The notes under the pieces: generated by a model
What the model saw: the letters and a program-made list of their open reading frames with translations, nothing else
Database searches by the model: none
Told to the model about the DNA's origin: nothing
Shown here: positions 56,570 through 64,000 of the stretch, one piece after another
Position numbering within the stretch: the stretch's first letter is position 1
Layout of the letters: the number at the start of each line of letters is the position of its first letter
IMG/VR virus record: IMGVR_UViG_3300032242_000488
Span: 103,541 to 167,540 of that record
Direction: 5' to 3' (one strand)
Origin: a virus
DNA: 64,000 nt
Made by a program: the position numbers and the translations under genes

Positions 56570-58273
56570 ATGAGTTGGAAAAAGTATTTTTCACCCGTAG
56601 CTAGTAACCAGTCGGGAACAGTTAGCCCAATCTACGGCAGTGGTGGAAAGCCAGGTCCAGCCCGCACAAATTATTCTAGTTATCTACCGGATGTCTATTC
56701 AGGAAGTCCAAATCGTATTGAACGTTATATGCAATATGACACAATGGATTGGGACAGTGAAGTTAATGCCGCATTAGACATTCTAGCAGAATTTACCACA
56801 CAAAAGAACAAAGAAAACAACACACCATTTACACTACAATTCCGTGGTAGCCCAACAACTAGTGAAGTAGGCATCTTAAAAGAATACCTACAGCAATGGT
56901 CTAAGATGCAGAAGTTAGACACACGCATGTTCCGTATTGCACGTAACTTGTTCAAGTATGGTGACGGATTTTTCCTACGTGATCCAGAAACACAAAAATG
57001 GTTCTATGTAGATCCAAGCAAGATTACAAAAATTATTGTCAACGAAAGCGAAGGTAAACAGCCTGAGCAGTATGTTATCCGTGATATTAACATCAATTTT
57101 CAACACCTAGTTGTTACACAGATCAATCCTAATACACAGAATCAAGCACCTGGAGCCGCACCATATACACAAGGTGGTGGTGGTGGACGTGGCATGGTTG
57201 GAACTACAACTCCTATTCCTGGAAGTAGATTTAGTCTTGCACAAAACGAACACGCTATTGAAGCAAAACACGTAGTACATCTAAGTCTAAGTGAAGGACT
57301 TGACAATAACTTTCCTTTTGGAAATAGTCTTTTAGAAAGTGTTTTTAAAGTCTACAAGCAAAAAGAACTGTTAGAAGATGCTATCATTATCTATCGTGTG
57401 CAACGTGCGCCAGAGCGCAGAGTATTCTATATTGACGTAGGTAACATGCCTAGTCATTTGGCCATGGGCTTTGTTGAACGTGTAAAAAATGAAATACATC
57501 AAAGACGTATTCCAAGTGCTACAGGCGGTGGAAGCGCAATTGACAGTACATATAATCCTTTAAGTATTAACGAAGACTACTTCTTTCCACAGACAGCAGA
57601 AGGTCGCGGATCAAAAGTTGAAACACTTCCAGGCGGCACTAATCTAGGCGAAATTGACGATTTACGTTACTTTACCAACAAGTTAATGCGAGCATTACGA
57701 ATTCCAAGTAGCTATCTGCCAACAGGTGCAGATGATAGCCAAGCACAGTATAACGATGGTCGCGTTGGCACAGCATATATTCAAGAACTACGCTTTAACA
57801 AGTATTGTGAACGCCTACAAAATCTAATGGTCACTACATTTGACACTGAGTTTAAGTTATTTTTACATAACAAAGGTGTTAACATTGACTTTAGTTTGTT
57901 TGAAATCAAGTTCCAAAGTCCACAAAACTTTGCCGCTTATCGTCAAGCAGAGCTGGATAATCAGCGTATTGCAACATTTGCACAGATGGTTGCACTACCA
58001 TTTGTCAGCAAGCGTTTTGCACTAAAACGCTTCTTAGGTATGACAGACGAAGACCTGAAAGAAAACGAAAAAATGTGGCAAGAAGAAAGCGGAGAAGGCA
58101 AGGCACCTGGACAAGATGCCGCTGGACAACTACGTGGTGCAGGTGTAAGCCCAACAGGAATGGAAGCAGATACAGCCGCATTAGACGGTAGTGAAGAAGC
58201 TCCTGCTGACATGGAAGTTCCAGATGAAGGCGCAGAAATGGCTGGTCAAGAAGCCGGATCAATGCCCGCTTAA
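56570..58273 (+). CDS. Portal protein (gp20-like)
   Basis: LEDAIIIYRVQRAPERRVFYIDVGNMP, EDYFFP and TLPGG.NLGEIDD motifs. Confidence 0.95.
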   Translation: MSWKKYFSPVASNQSGTVSPIYGSGGKPGPARTNYSSYLPDVYSGSPNRIERYMQYDTMDWDSEVNAALDILAEFTTQKNKENNTPFTLQFRGSPTTSEVGILKEYLQQWSKMQKLDTRMFRIARNLFKYGDGFFLRDPETQKWFYVDPSKITKIIVNESEGKQPEQYVIRDININFQHLVVTQINPNTQNQAPGAAPYTQGGGGGRGMVGTTTPIPGSRFSLAQNEHAIEAKHVVHLSLSEGLDNNFPFGNSLLESVFKVYKQKELLEDAIIIYRVQRAPERRVFYIDVGNMPSHLAMGFVERVKNEIHQRRIPSATGGGSAIDSTYNPLSINEDYFFPQTAEGRGSKVETLPGGTNLGEIDDLRYFTNKLMRALRIPSSYLPTGADDSQAQYNDGRVGTAYIQELRFNKYCERLQNLMVTTFDTEFKLFLHNKGVNIDFSLFEIKFQSPQNFAAYRQAELDNQRIATFAQMVALPFVSKRFALKRFLGMTDEDLKENEKMWQEESGEGKAPGQDAAGQLRGAGVSPTGMEADTAALDGSEEAPADMEVPDEGAEMAGQEAGSMPA

Positions 58274-58287
58274 TAAATACTATTATG
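58273..58287 (+). promoter_or_regulatory. Late promoter abutting the start codon (probably leaderless mRNA)
   Basis: ATAAATA-CTATT-ATG, identical to the 15-mer before the gp25-like gene. Confidence 0.6.
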
Positions 58288-58521
58288 ATTTTAAGAGAAC
58301 TTTTTTACTTTAACAGAGATACTGCCAAGTCTGAACAAGACGATCAGTACATGGCTAAAGCTGACACAGGTGTTATCAAAGACGATGACACTCGTAAAAC
58401 AAGATTGACCTTAAAACAAATCAATGAACTACGCAGAGCTAGCGACCTACACATTAAAGAACACGAAGCAGAGATGGAGTTTATTTCTAGGATGTATGCC
58501 ACTCCAGTGGCAGCAGAATAA
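58285..58521 (+). CDS. Small prohead-region protein
   Basis: 78 aa ORF between the portal and core genes. Confidence 0.7.
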   Translation: MILRELFYFNRDTAKSEQDDQYMAKADTGVIKDDDTRKTRLTLKQINELRRASDLHIKEHEAEMEFISRMYATPVAAE

Positions 58522-58549
58522 GTAACTTTGTCAAAACTGACAAAAAATA

Positions 58550-58572
58550 GCCGGTATTGACCGGTTTTTTTA
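58550..58572 (+). terminator. Intrinsic terminator
   Basis: CCGGT-ATTG-ACCGG followed by a T-run; preceded by hairpin TTTGTCA/TGACAAA. Confidence 0.6.
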
Positions 58573-58639
58573 CAGTAGTATTAAATACATCGACAGCCTT
58601 GCGGGCGTAACTGCCTCATAACTATACAGGAGACATAAC

Positions 58640-59473
58640 ATGACTGATCGCGCAAAGTTCGAGCAGATGCTTGAATATCTTATTAACGAAGACAAATCAA
58701 AAGCCGAGGAACTATTCCACGAACTAGTGGTAGCAAAATCTCGCGAAATTTACGAAAATCTACTAGATGATGACATCCAAGTAGAAGCATCACACGATGA
58801 TGACGAAGACGAAGACGAAGATATGGAAGAAAACTTCGACATGGGTATGCAAGAAGTCGGTGCTGATCCAGCAGACGACATGATGGGCGACCTAGAAGCC
58901 GGCGACGAAGAAGGCGGCGACGAAATGGGTGACGAAGAAGGTGGATCTGAAGCCGCTACTAAAGATGACGTAATGGACATCAAAGACGCTTTAGAAGACC
59001 TAAAAGCAGAATTTGAAGCTATGCTAGCTGGCGAAGCCGGTGAAGAGCACGGCGAAGAGCACGGCGAAGAAGAAATGGGTGACGAAGAAGGTGATGAAGA
59101 AGAAATGGAACAACACCAGTTCGAAGCATCCAATGATGATGACGAAGATGAAGACGAAGACATGGACGAAGGTATGGTCCGTGAATACGTTGAGAAAGTT
59201 GCACCTGCAAAGATGGGTGACAACGGTCAAAATACTCGTTCAACAGTAGCTGGTAAGAATGATATGGGCGGTACAACTGCTAATATCGCTAAAGGTGGAA
59301 CAAGCACAACAGGCGGTACTAAAGGTGGTTTACTAAACCCAAGCACAAAAGATTTGAACTCTGGTAACGTAAATGTTCCAGGTGGCAAAGCTGGTGTTAA
59401 ACATCTTAAAGGTGTTAGCAAGCCAGCAGGTGGCGACAACGGCCAAAATACAAAGAGTACTTTAGGTCGTTAA
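58640..59473 (+). CDS. Highly acidic prohead core protein (gp67-like position)
   Basis: D/E-rich tracts; lies between portal and protease; CAGGAG SD; TAAATA upstream. Confidence 0.7.
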   Translation: MTDRAKFEQMLEYLINEDKSKAEELFHELVVAKSREIYENLLDDDIQVEASHDDDEDEDEDMEENFDMGMQEVGADPADDMMGDLEAGDEEGGDEMGDEEGGSEAATKDDVMDIKDALEDLKAEFEAMLAGEAGEEHGEEHGEEEMGDEEGDEEEMEQHQFEASNDDDEDEDEDMDEGMVREYVEKVAPAKMGDNGQNTRSTVAGKNDMGGTTANIAKGGTSTTGGTKGGLLNPSTKDLNSGNVNVPGGKAGVKHLKGVSKPAGGDNGQNTKSTLGR

Positions 59474-59477
59474 TCAG

Positions 59478-60107
59478 ATGAGTCTTTACTTACGTGAAAA
59501 CTTGACTTTCGACCAAGCTCGCATGGTTGTTGAGTCGGATGGCCAAGATGGAAAGAACCTTTATATGAAAGGTATCTGCATCCAAGGCGGCATCCGAAAC
59601 GCAAATCAGCGTGTGTATCCTGTTAATGAAATTGGCAGGGCTGTCAAGACACTAAACGACCAGGTAACTGGCGGATATTCAGTTTTAGGCGAAGTAGACC
59701 ATCCAGATGATTTAAAAATTAACCTAGACCGTGTAAGCCATATGATCACAGAAATGTGGATGGATGGCCCTAACGGTTACGGTAAAATGAAAATCCTTCC
59801 TACACCAATGGGTAACCTAGTGCGTACTATGCTAGAATCCGGTGTTAAGTTAGGTGTTAGCTCACGCGGATCCGGGAACGTCAAGGAAGACGGTTCCGGT
59901 GAAGTTACAGATTTCGAGATTATCACAGTGGATGTGGTAGCTCAACCATCAGCCCCAGGTGCGTATCCAACGCCCATTTATGAGCATATCATGAATACTC
60001 GTGGAGGCTATAAGGCATTTTTAACAGCACAAGAAGTATCAGGCGACGCAAAGGCACAGAAATACCTGAAAGAAAGTCTATTGAAGATAATAGGCGGACT
60101 CCAATAA
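59478..60107 (+). CDS. Prohead protease (gp21-like)
   Basis: NANQRVYP, LGEVDHP, VSH, GVSSRGSG and DVVAQPSAP motifs. Confidence 0.93.
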   Translation: MSLYLRENLTFDQARMVVESDGQDGKNLYMKGICIQGGIRNANQRVYPVNEIGRAVKTLNDQVTGGYSVLGEVDHPDDLKINLDRVSHMITEMWMDGPNGYGKMKILPTPMGNLVRTMLESGVKLGVSSRGSGNVKEDGSGEVTDFEIITVDVVAQPSAPGAYPTPIYEHIMNTRGGYKAFLTAQEVSGDAKAQKYLKESLLKIIGGLQ

Positions 60108-60123
60108 CAAGGGAGAATCACAT

Positions 60124-61215
60124 ATGTTGGACGCACTTAAACAATTATTCGAGAACAATGTGATTTCTGAAGAGATCAGAGCTGATATCACGGCTGCTTG
60201 GGACCGTAAGATCCAAGAAAACCGTGAACAAGCTACTCAACAACTACGCGAAGAATTCGCACAAAAATACGAACATGACAAGCAAACAATGATCGAAGCT
60301 ATCGACAAGATGGTTACTGATCGTTTAACTGCTGAAATCCAAGAATTCACAGAAGATCGCGCACAGCTAGCCGAAGCGAAAGCCAAGTATGCTGTTGCAA
60401 TCCGTGAGCATTCTACTAAACTAAATGGATTTGTTCTTAACAGCCTAGCTAAAGAAATCACTGAATTACATAGTGACCAAAAAGTTATGGCTGAAAATTT
60501 TGCCAAGTTGGAAGGTTTCATTGTAGAAGCTCTAGCTAAAGAAATCGCTGATTTCTATGAAGATAAGAAAGATTTAGCTGAGACTAAGGTACGTCTCATT
60601 AAAGAAGCTAAAGAACAATTTGGTCTATTAAAGACCAAGTTTGTTAAACAAAGTGCTGAGCTTGTTGAATCAGTTGTCACAAAAGGTCTCTCAAAAGAGA
60701 TCGGACAACTTAAAGAAGACATTGATCAAGCACGTAAGAACGACTTTGGACGTAAGATTTTTGAAGCATATGCTACTGAATTCCAGCACAGTTTGTTAAA
60801 TGAGAAATCTGAGACAAGCAAGCTATTGCAAGTAGTTGCAGAAAAAGATAAACAACTCGCTGAAGCAAAGGCCGCTATTTCCGAAAAGCAAGCATTAGTA
60901 GAAAGTACACAGCAACAAGTTGCTCGTGCTCAAGCTACTGCGGCTCGTAAAGAAGTAATGGGTGAGCTTCTAAGTCCTTTGAACAAGGATCAGAAAGAGA
61001 TTATGAGTGAGTTACTAGAAAGTGTGCAAACTGCCAAGCTAAGAACTAGTTTTGACAAATATCTACCTGCTGTACTCAGCGGTAGCACACCGGAGAAGAA
61101 GAAGGCTCTTGTAGAGGCAAAAGAAATCACAGGCAATAAAGAAAATCATAGCATTAGTAGTGCTAATAGCCAGGGCGAAGTAATAGACATTCGTCGCCTA
61201 GCTGGATTAAAATAA
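60124..61215 (+). CDS. Prohead scaffold protein (gp22-like)
   Basis: Long coiled coil between the protease and MCP genes. Confidence 0.8.
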   Translation: MLDALKQLFENNVISEEIRADITAAWDRKIQENREQATQQLREEFAQKYEHDKQTMIEAIDKMVTDRLTAEIQEFTEDRAQLAEAKAKYAVAIREHSTKLNGFVLNSLAKEITELHSDQKVMAENFAKLEGFIVEALAKEIADFYEDKKDLAETKVRLIKEAKEQFGLLKTKFVKQSAELVESVVTKGLSKEIGQLKEDIDQARKNDFGRKIFEAYATEFQHSLLNEKSETSKLLQVVAEKDKQLAEAKAAISEKQALVESTQQQVARAQATAARKEVMGELLSPLNKDQKEIMSELLESVQTAKLRTSFDKYLPAVLSGSTPEKKKALVEAKEITGNKENHSISSANSQGEVIDIRRLAGLK

Positions 61216-61225
61216 GGAGAAATTT

Positions 61226-62398
61226 ATGTCAGAACTACTAGAAAGCCGCTGGCAAGAAACTAAAGAGGCACTATTAGAAGGCCTTCAAGGAACCAAAAAG
61301 AGCGTAATGGCTACTACTTTAGAGAATACTCGTAAGTACTTGTCAGAATCTGCTACAGCTGGTGCCACTTCTGCCGGTAACGTTGCAACCCTAAATCGTG
61401 TGATCCTTCCAGTGATCAGACGTGTAATGCCAACAGTCATTGCTAATGAACTAGTTGGTGTACAACCAATGACTGGACCAGTTGGACAAATCCACACATT
61501 ACGTGTTCGCTACAGCGATACATACAATGCAGGAACATCTGGTGCAGTAGCTGGTGAAGAAGCTCTATCACCATTCAAGATTGCTGAAAGCTACTCTGGT
61601 GCTACTTCAGGACGTGCTGCCTCAACAGCCGCTCTAGAAGGCGTAGCAGGTAACAAACTAAGCATTCAAATCTTGAAGCAAACAGTTGAAGCCAAAACTC
61701 GTAAGTTGTCTGCTCGTTGGACATTCGAGGCTGCTCAAGATGCACAAGCCCAACAAGGCATTGACATCGAAGCAGAAATCATGGCTGCACTAGCACAAGA
61801 AATCACAGCTGAAATCGATCAAGAGATCCTAGCATCTCTAGCATCATTAGCTGGTACACAAAACTACGAAACGTATGATCAGAGCAACGTATCTGGTACA
61901 GCTACATTCGTTGGTGACGAACACGCCGCATTGGCAGTTCAAATCAACCGTGTTGCTAACCGTATCGCTCAGCGTACACGTCGTGGTGCTGGTAACTGGG
62001 CAGTTGTTAGCCCAACAATGTTGACTGTTCTACAGTCTGCAACTACTAGCGCATTTGCTCGTACAACAGAAGGTACATTCGAAGCTCCAACTAACACAAA
62101 GATGGTTGGTACATTGAATAGTGCTATGAAGATCTATGTTAATACCTATGCAGGTACAGACGACATTCTAATCGGTTACAAAGGTTCTAGCGAATCTGAC
62201 GCAGCCGCTTTCTATTGCCCATACATTCCATTGATGAGCAGTGGTGTTGTTTTAGATCCGTCAACATTCGAACCAGTCGTATCATTCATGACACGTTATG
62301 GTTACGTTGAATTGACAAACACAGCGTCATCTCTAGGTAACGCTGCCGACTATCTAGGTACTGTTCAAGTAACTAGCGGTGAACTAAAGTTCAGTTAA
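61226..62398 (+). CDS. Major capsid protein (gp23-like)
   Basis: GVQPMTGPVG, AKTRKLSARWTFEAAQD, FYCPYIPL and TRYG motifs. Confidence 0.96.
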   Translation: MSELLESRWQETKEALLEGLQGTKKSVMATTLENTRKYLSESATAGATSAGNVATLNRVILPVIRRVMPTVIANELVGVQPMTGPVGQIHTLRVRYSDTYNAGTSGAVAGEEALSPFKIAESYSGATSGRAASTAALEGVAGNKLSIQILKQTVEAKTRKLSARWTFEAAQDAQAQQGIDIEAEIMAALAQEITAEIDQEILASLASLAGTQNYETYDQSNVSGTATFVGDEHAALAVQINRVANRIAQRTRRGAGNWAVVSPTMLTVLQSATTSAFARTTEGTFEAPTNTKMVGTLNSAMKIYVNTYAGTDDILIGYKGSSESDAAAFYCPYIPLMSSGVVLDPSTFEPVVSFMTRYGYVELTNTASSLGNAADYLGTVQVTSGELKFS

Positions 62399-62420
62399 TC
62401 ACTGATTTAGTAATAAAGTC

Positions 62421-62446
62421 AAAGCCCACTTCGGTGGGCTTTTTCT
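62421..62446 (+). terminator. Intrinsic terminator with a cUUCGg loop
   Basis: AAAGCCCAC-TTCG-GTGGGCTTT followed by a T-run. Confidence 0.9.
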
Positions 62447-62461
62447 TGACTTAAATATCTG

Positions 62462-62917
62462 ATGATAGATCAATATACTGTTACTGTCCCCAATGTTATA
62501 GACAACATATATCTGCTGAAATCTAAATATCCTTCGGATAATAGAAGCAATGTATCAGGTTGGCAGTCAAAACAATATGGACACTTTAAAGACCTAGACT
62601 GGGCAGAACCTCTAGTAACAGCTTGCCTACAAGCAATGAATACCGATAAACAAGTGCATAAATTTTGGTTTAATGTTAATCCTACGGGTGCATATCATTC
62701 ATGGCACTGCCACGGAACAGCCGTAACTGTTGGGGTACTCTACTTGCAAACTCCCAAGAACAGTGGTAACATAGAGTTTAGAGTTGATAAGACTGAGTCT
62801 TTTATTGTTCCTTATCCGGGACTCTTATTAATATTTCCTGCTGAGTTATATCATAGAGTAGCTGTCAATGAATCAGCAGAAAACAGGATAAGCCTAGCCT
62901 TTAACTTGAAGGACTAG
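62462..62917 (+). CDS. 2OG-Fe(II) oxygenase (TIGR02466-like)
   Basis: WFNVN..GAYHSWHCH, GVLYL, FPAELYHRV and RISLAFN motifs. Confidence 0.8.
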   Translation: MIDQYTVTVPNVIDNIYLLKSKYPSDNRSNVSGWQSKQYGHFKDLDWAEPLVTACLQAMNTDKQVHKFWFNVNPTGAYHSWHCHGTAVTVGVLYLQTPKNSGNIEFRVDKTESFIVPYPGLLLIFPAELYHRVAVNESAENRISLAFNLKD

Positions 62918-63000
62918 ATAAATACTTTGTATGATTCGCATGTCGCGAGTTTTATGCGGTAACCCACCGCGTATGGCATAGAACGCCACTTTTCAAGGAG
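62918..63000 (+). promoter_or_regulatory. Late promoter plus a structured 5' leader (candidate cis-regulatory RNA)
   Basis: ATAAATA at 62918-62924; three hairpins and a loop-strand pairing before the AAGGAG SD. Confidence 0.55.
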
Positions 63001-63008
63001 AAAATAAA

Positions 63009-64000
63009 ATGGGACGTCCTTTAAATAAGAAATTTTTTGGTAACCGCAACATAGGTGTTGGCGGTCAAGCCGTTAATCCACTACATAACTCACAAAACGC
63101 AAGCGATGATCGTATCGGCGGCGAAGGTTTTGCAGGAGTTACATTTGGTGCATCAGTAGCTGATACATCATACGGTAGCGGTGCATACAAGTTAAGAATT
63201 CCAGCAATCTCAATAGCACCACCTACTATTCCAGGTGGCGTATCAGCTGTTGCTACTGTAAGTCATGTTAAAGCAGTTCACGCTGTACCTAATAATAAAG
63301 GTACAGGATATCAGATCGACGATATCATTGAAGGTACTACAGGCACAGGAACAAAAGCAAGATTTAAAGTTACAAAATTACGTGTATTATCAGTAACGCT
63401 TGGCAGCTTGCCAGCAAGCGGTAACTTTGACGGTGGTGAAAATCTAGTATGGGATCAATTTGTAAACAATCACTGGACAGAACCTACAATCATTACTAAC
63501 GTGGCTAGTACTGGTACTCCTAACTATGACTTAGCTGGTACATACGGGTCTTTTACAGGTGGTGTATGGGACGGTACTGATGGTAGTCATGCTCCTATAA
63601 CAGCATTGCCAATTACTGGTGGTAATATGACACCTAACCCAACTAACCCAAGCTACAACACTCGTGGTACAGGCGACTTACGTGGTAAAGTTGGCGGCGG
63701 TTCAGTTGACAACAACGGCGCTGGCGGTACAGCAACATTCACATATGGTATTGAAGAAGTAGTCCTTGTAGCAGACTATCAAGGTGATTACACAGCAGTT
63801 GACGCTGCCGCACAAGCAGTTACTAATGTTACAGTTGGTGCTACTGGTGCTAATGCAACTCTTGACATCTACTACGGTGTTAAAACAATTACAGTATCTG
63901 AAAAAGGTTCTGGTTACACTGGTGTAGAACCAGTTACATTTGCATCTACAATTGGTGGCGCATTTGAAACTCGTGCAACTGGTACTATTGTTCTAACAAC
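63009..64000 (+). CDS. Virion structural protein, G/T/V-rich beta type (truncated at window end)
   Basis: MGRPLNKKFFGNRNIG...; appears open to the window end; strong SD; G.GY motifs. Confidence 0.7.
   Translation, partial: MGRPLNKKFFGNRNIGVGGQAVNPLHNSQNASDDRIGGEGFAGVTFGASVADTSYGSGAYKLRIPAISIAPPTIPGGVSAVATVSHVKAVHAVPNNKGTGYQIDDIIEGTTGTGTKARFKVTKLRVLSVTLGSLPASGNFDGGENLVWDQFVNNHWTEPTIITNVASTGTPNYDLAGTYGSFTGGVWDGTDGSHAPITALPITGGNMTPNPTNPSYNTRGTGDLRGKVGGGSVDNNGAGGTATFTYGIEEVVLVADYQGDYTAVDAAAQAVTNVTVGATGANATLDIYYGVKTITVSEKGSGYTGVEPVTFASTIGGAFETRATGTIVLT

Noticed and set aside
58750-59276. Ser-rich and other antisense or alternate-frame ORFs; GAAGACGAAGAT-type repeats
   Set aside because: Shadows of the D/E-rich coding sequence on the plus strand
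62930-63000. preQ1 riboswitch, suggested by queE in the genome
   Set aside because: Does not match the class I or II consensus as I recall them, and it precedes a structural gene
1-64000. Alternative genetic code / stop codon reassignment
   Set aside because: Conserved genes are full length under the standard code, and TAA, TAG and TGA all act as stops

Overview
This is a 64 kb segment of a large AT-rich T4-like myovirus genome, read in the standard genetic code. Left arm (+): folE and queE (7-deazaguanine pathway), many small unknown ORFs, an RNase H/5'-3' exonuclease, a MoxR AAA+/vWA-metallopeptidase pair, DHFR and thymidylate synthase. A 33.5 kb minus-strand block encodes baseplate and fibre proteins: gp48/54-, gp53-, hub, gp5-, gp25- and gp6-like proteins, a 5155-aa giant and three paralogous fibres. 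Next come late sigma gp55, gp47/gp46, an Hc1-like protein and a minimal GIY-YIG nuclease followed by about 500 nt of highly structured non-coding sequence. A tail chaperone pair follows, then the tape measure, portal, prohead core/protease/scaffold, major capsid protein, a 2OG-Fe(II) oxygenase and a truncated virion protein. Both host sigma70 promoters and T4-type late promoters (ATAAATA) are readable. The most notable observations are: (1) a candidate large pseudoknotted ncRNA directly behind a GIY-YIG nuclease that lacks a DNA-binding domain; (2) a canonical -1 slippery site that would fuse the gp26-like and gp51-like chaperones; (3) a pseudoknot/switch-like leader at 62.9 kb; (4) apparently leaderless late mRNAs and an RBS-occluding hairpin. 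All family calls are from motif recognition by eye; no database searches were run.
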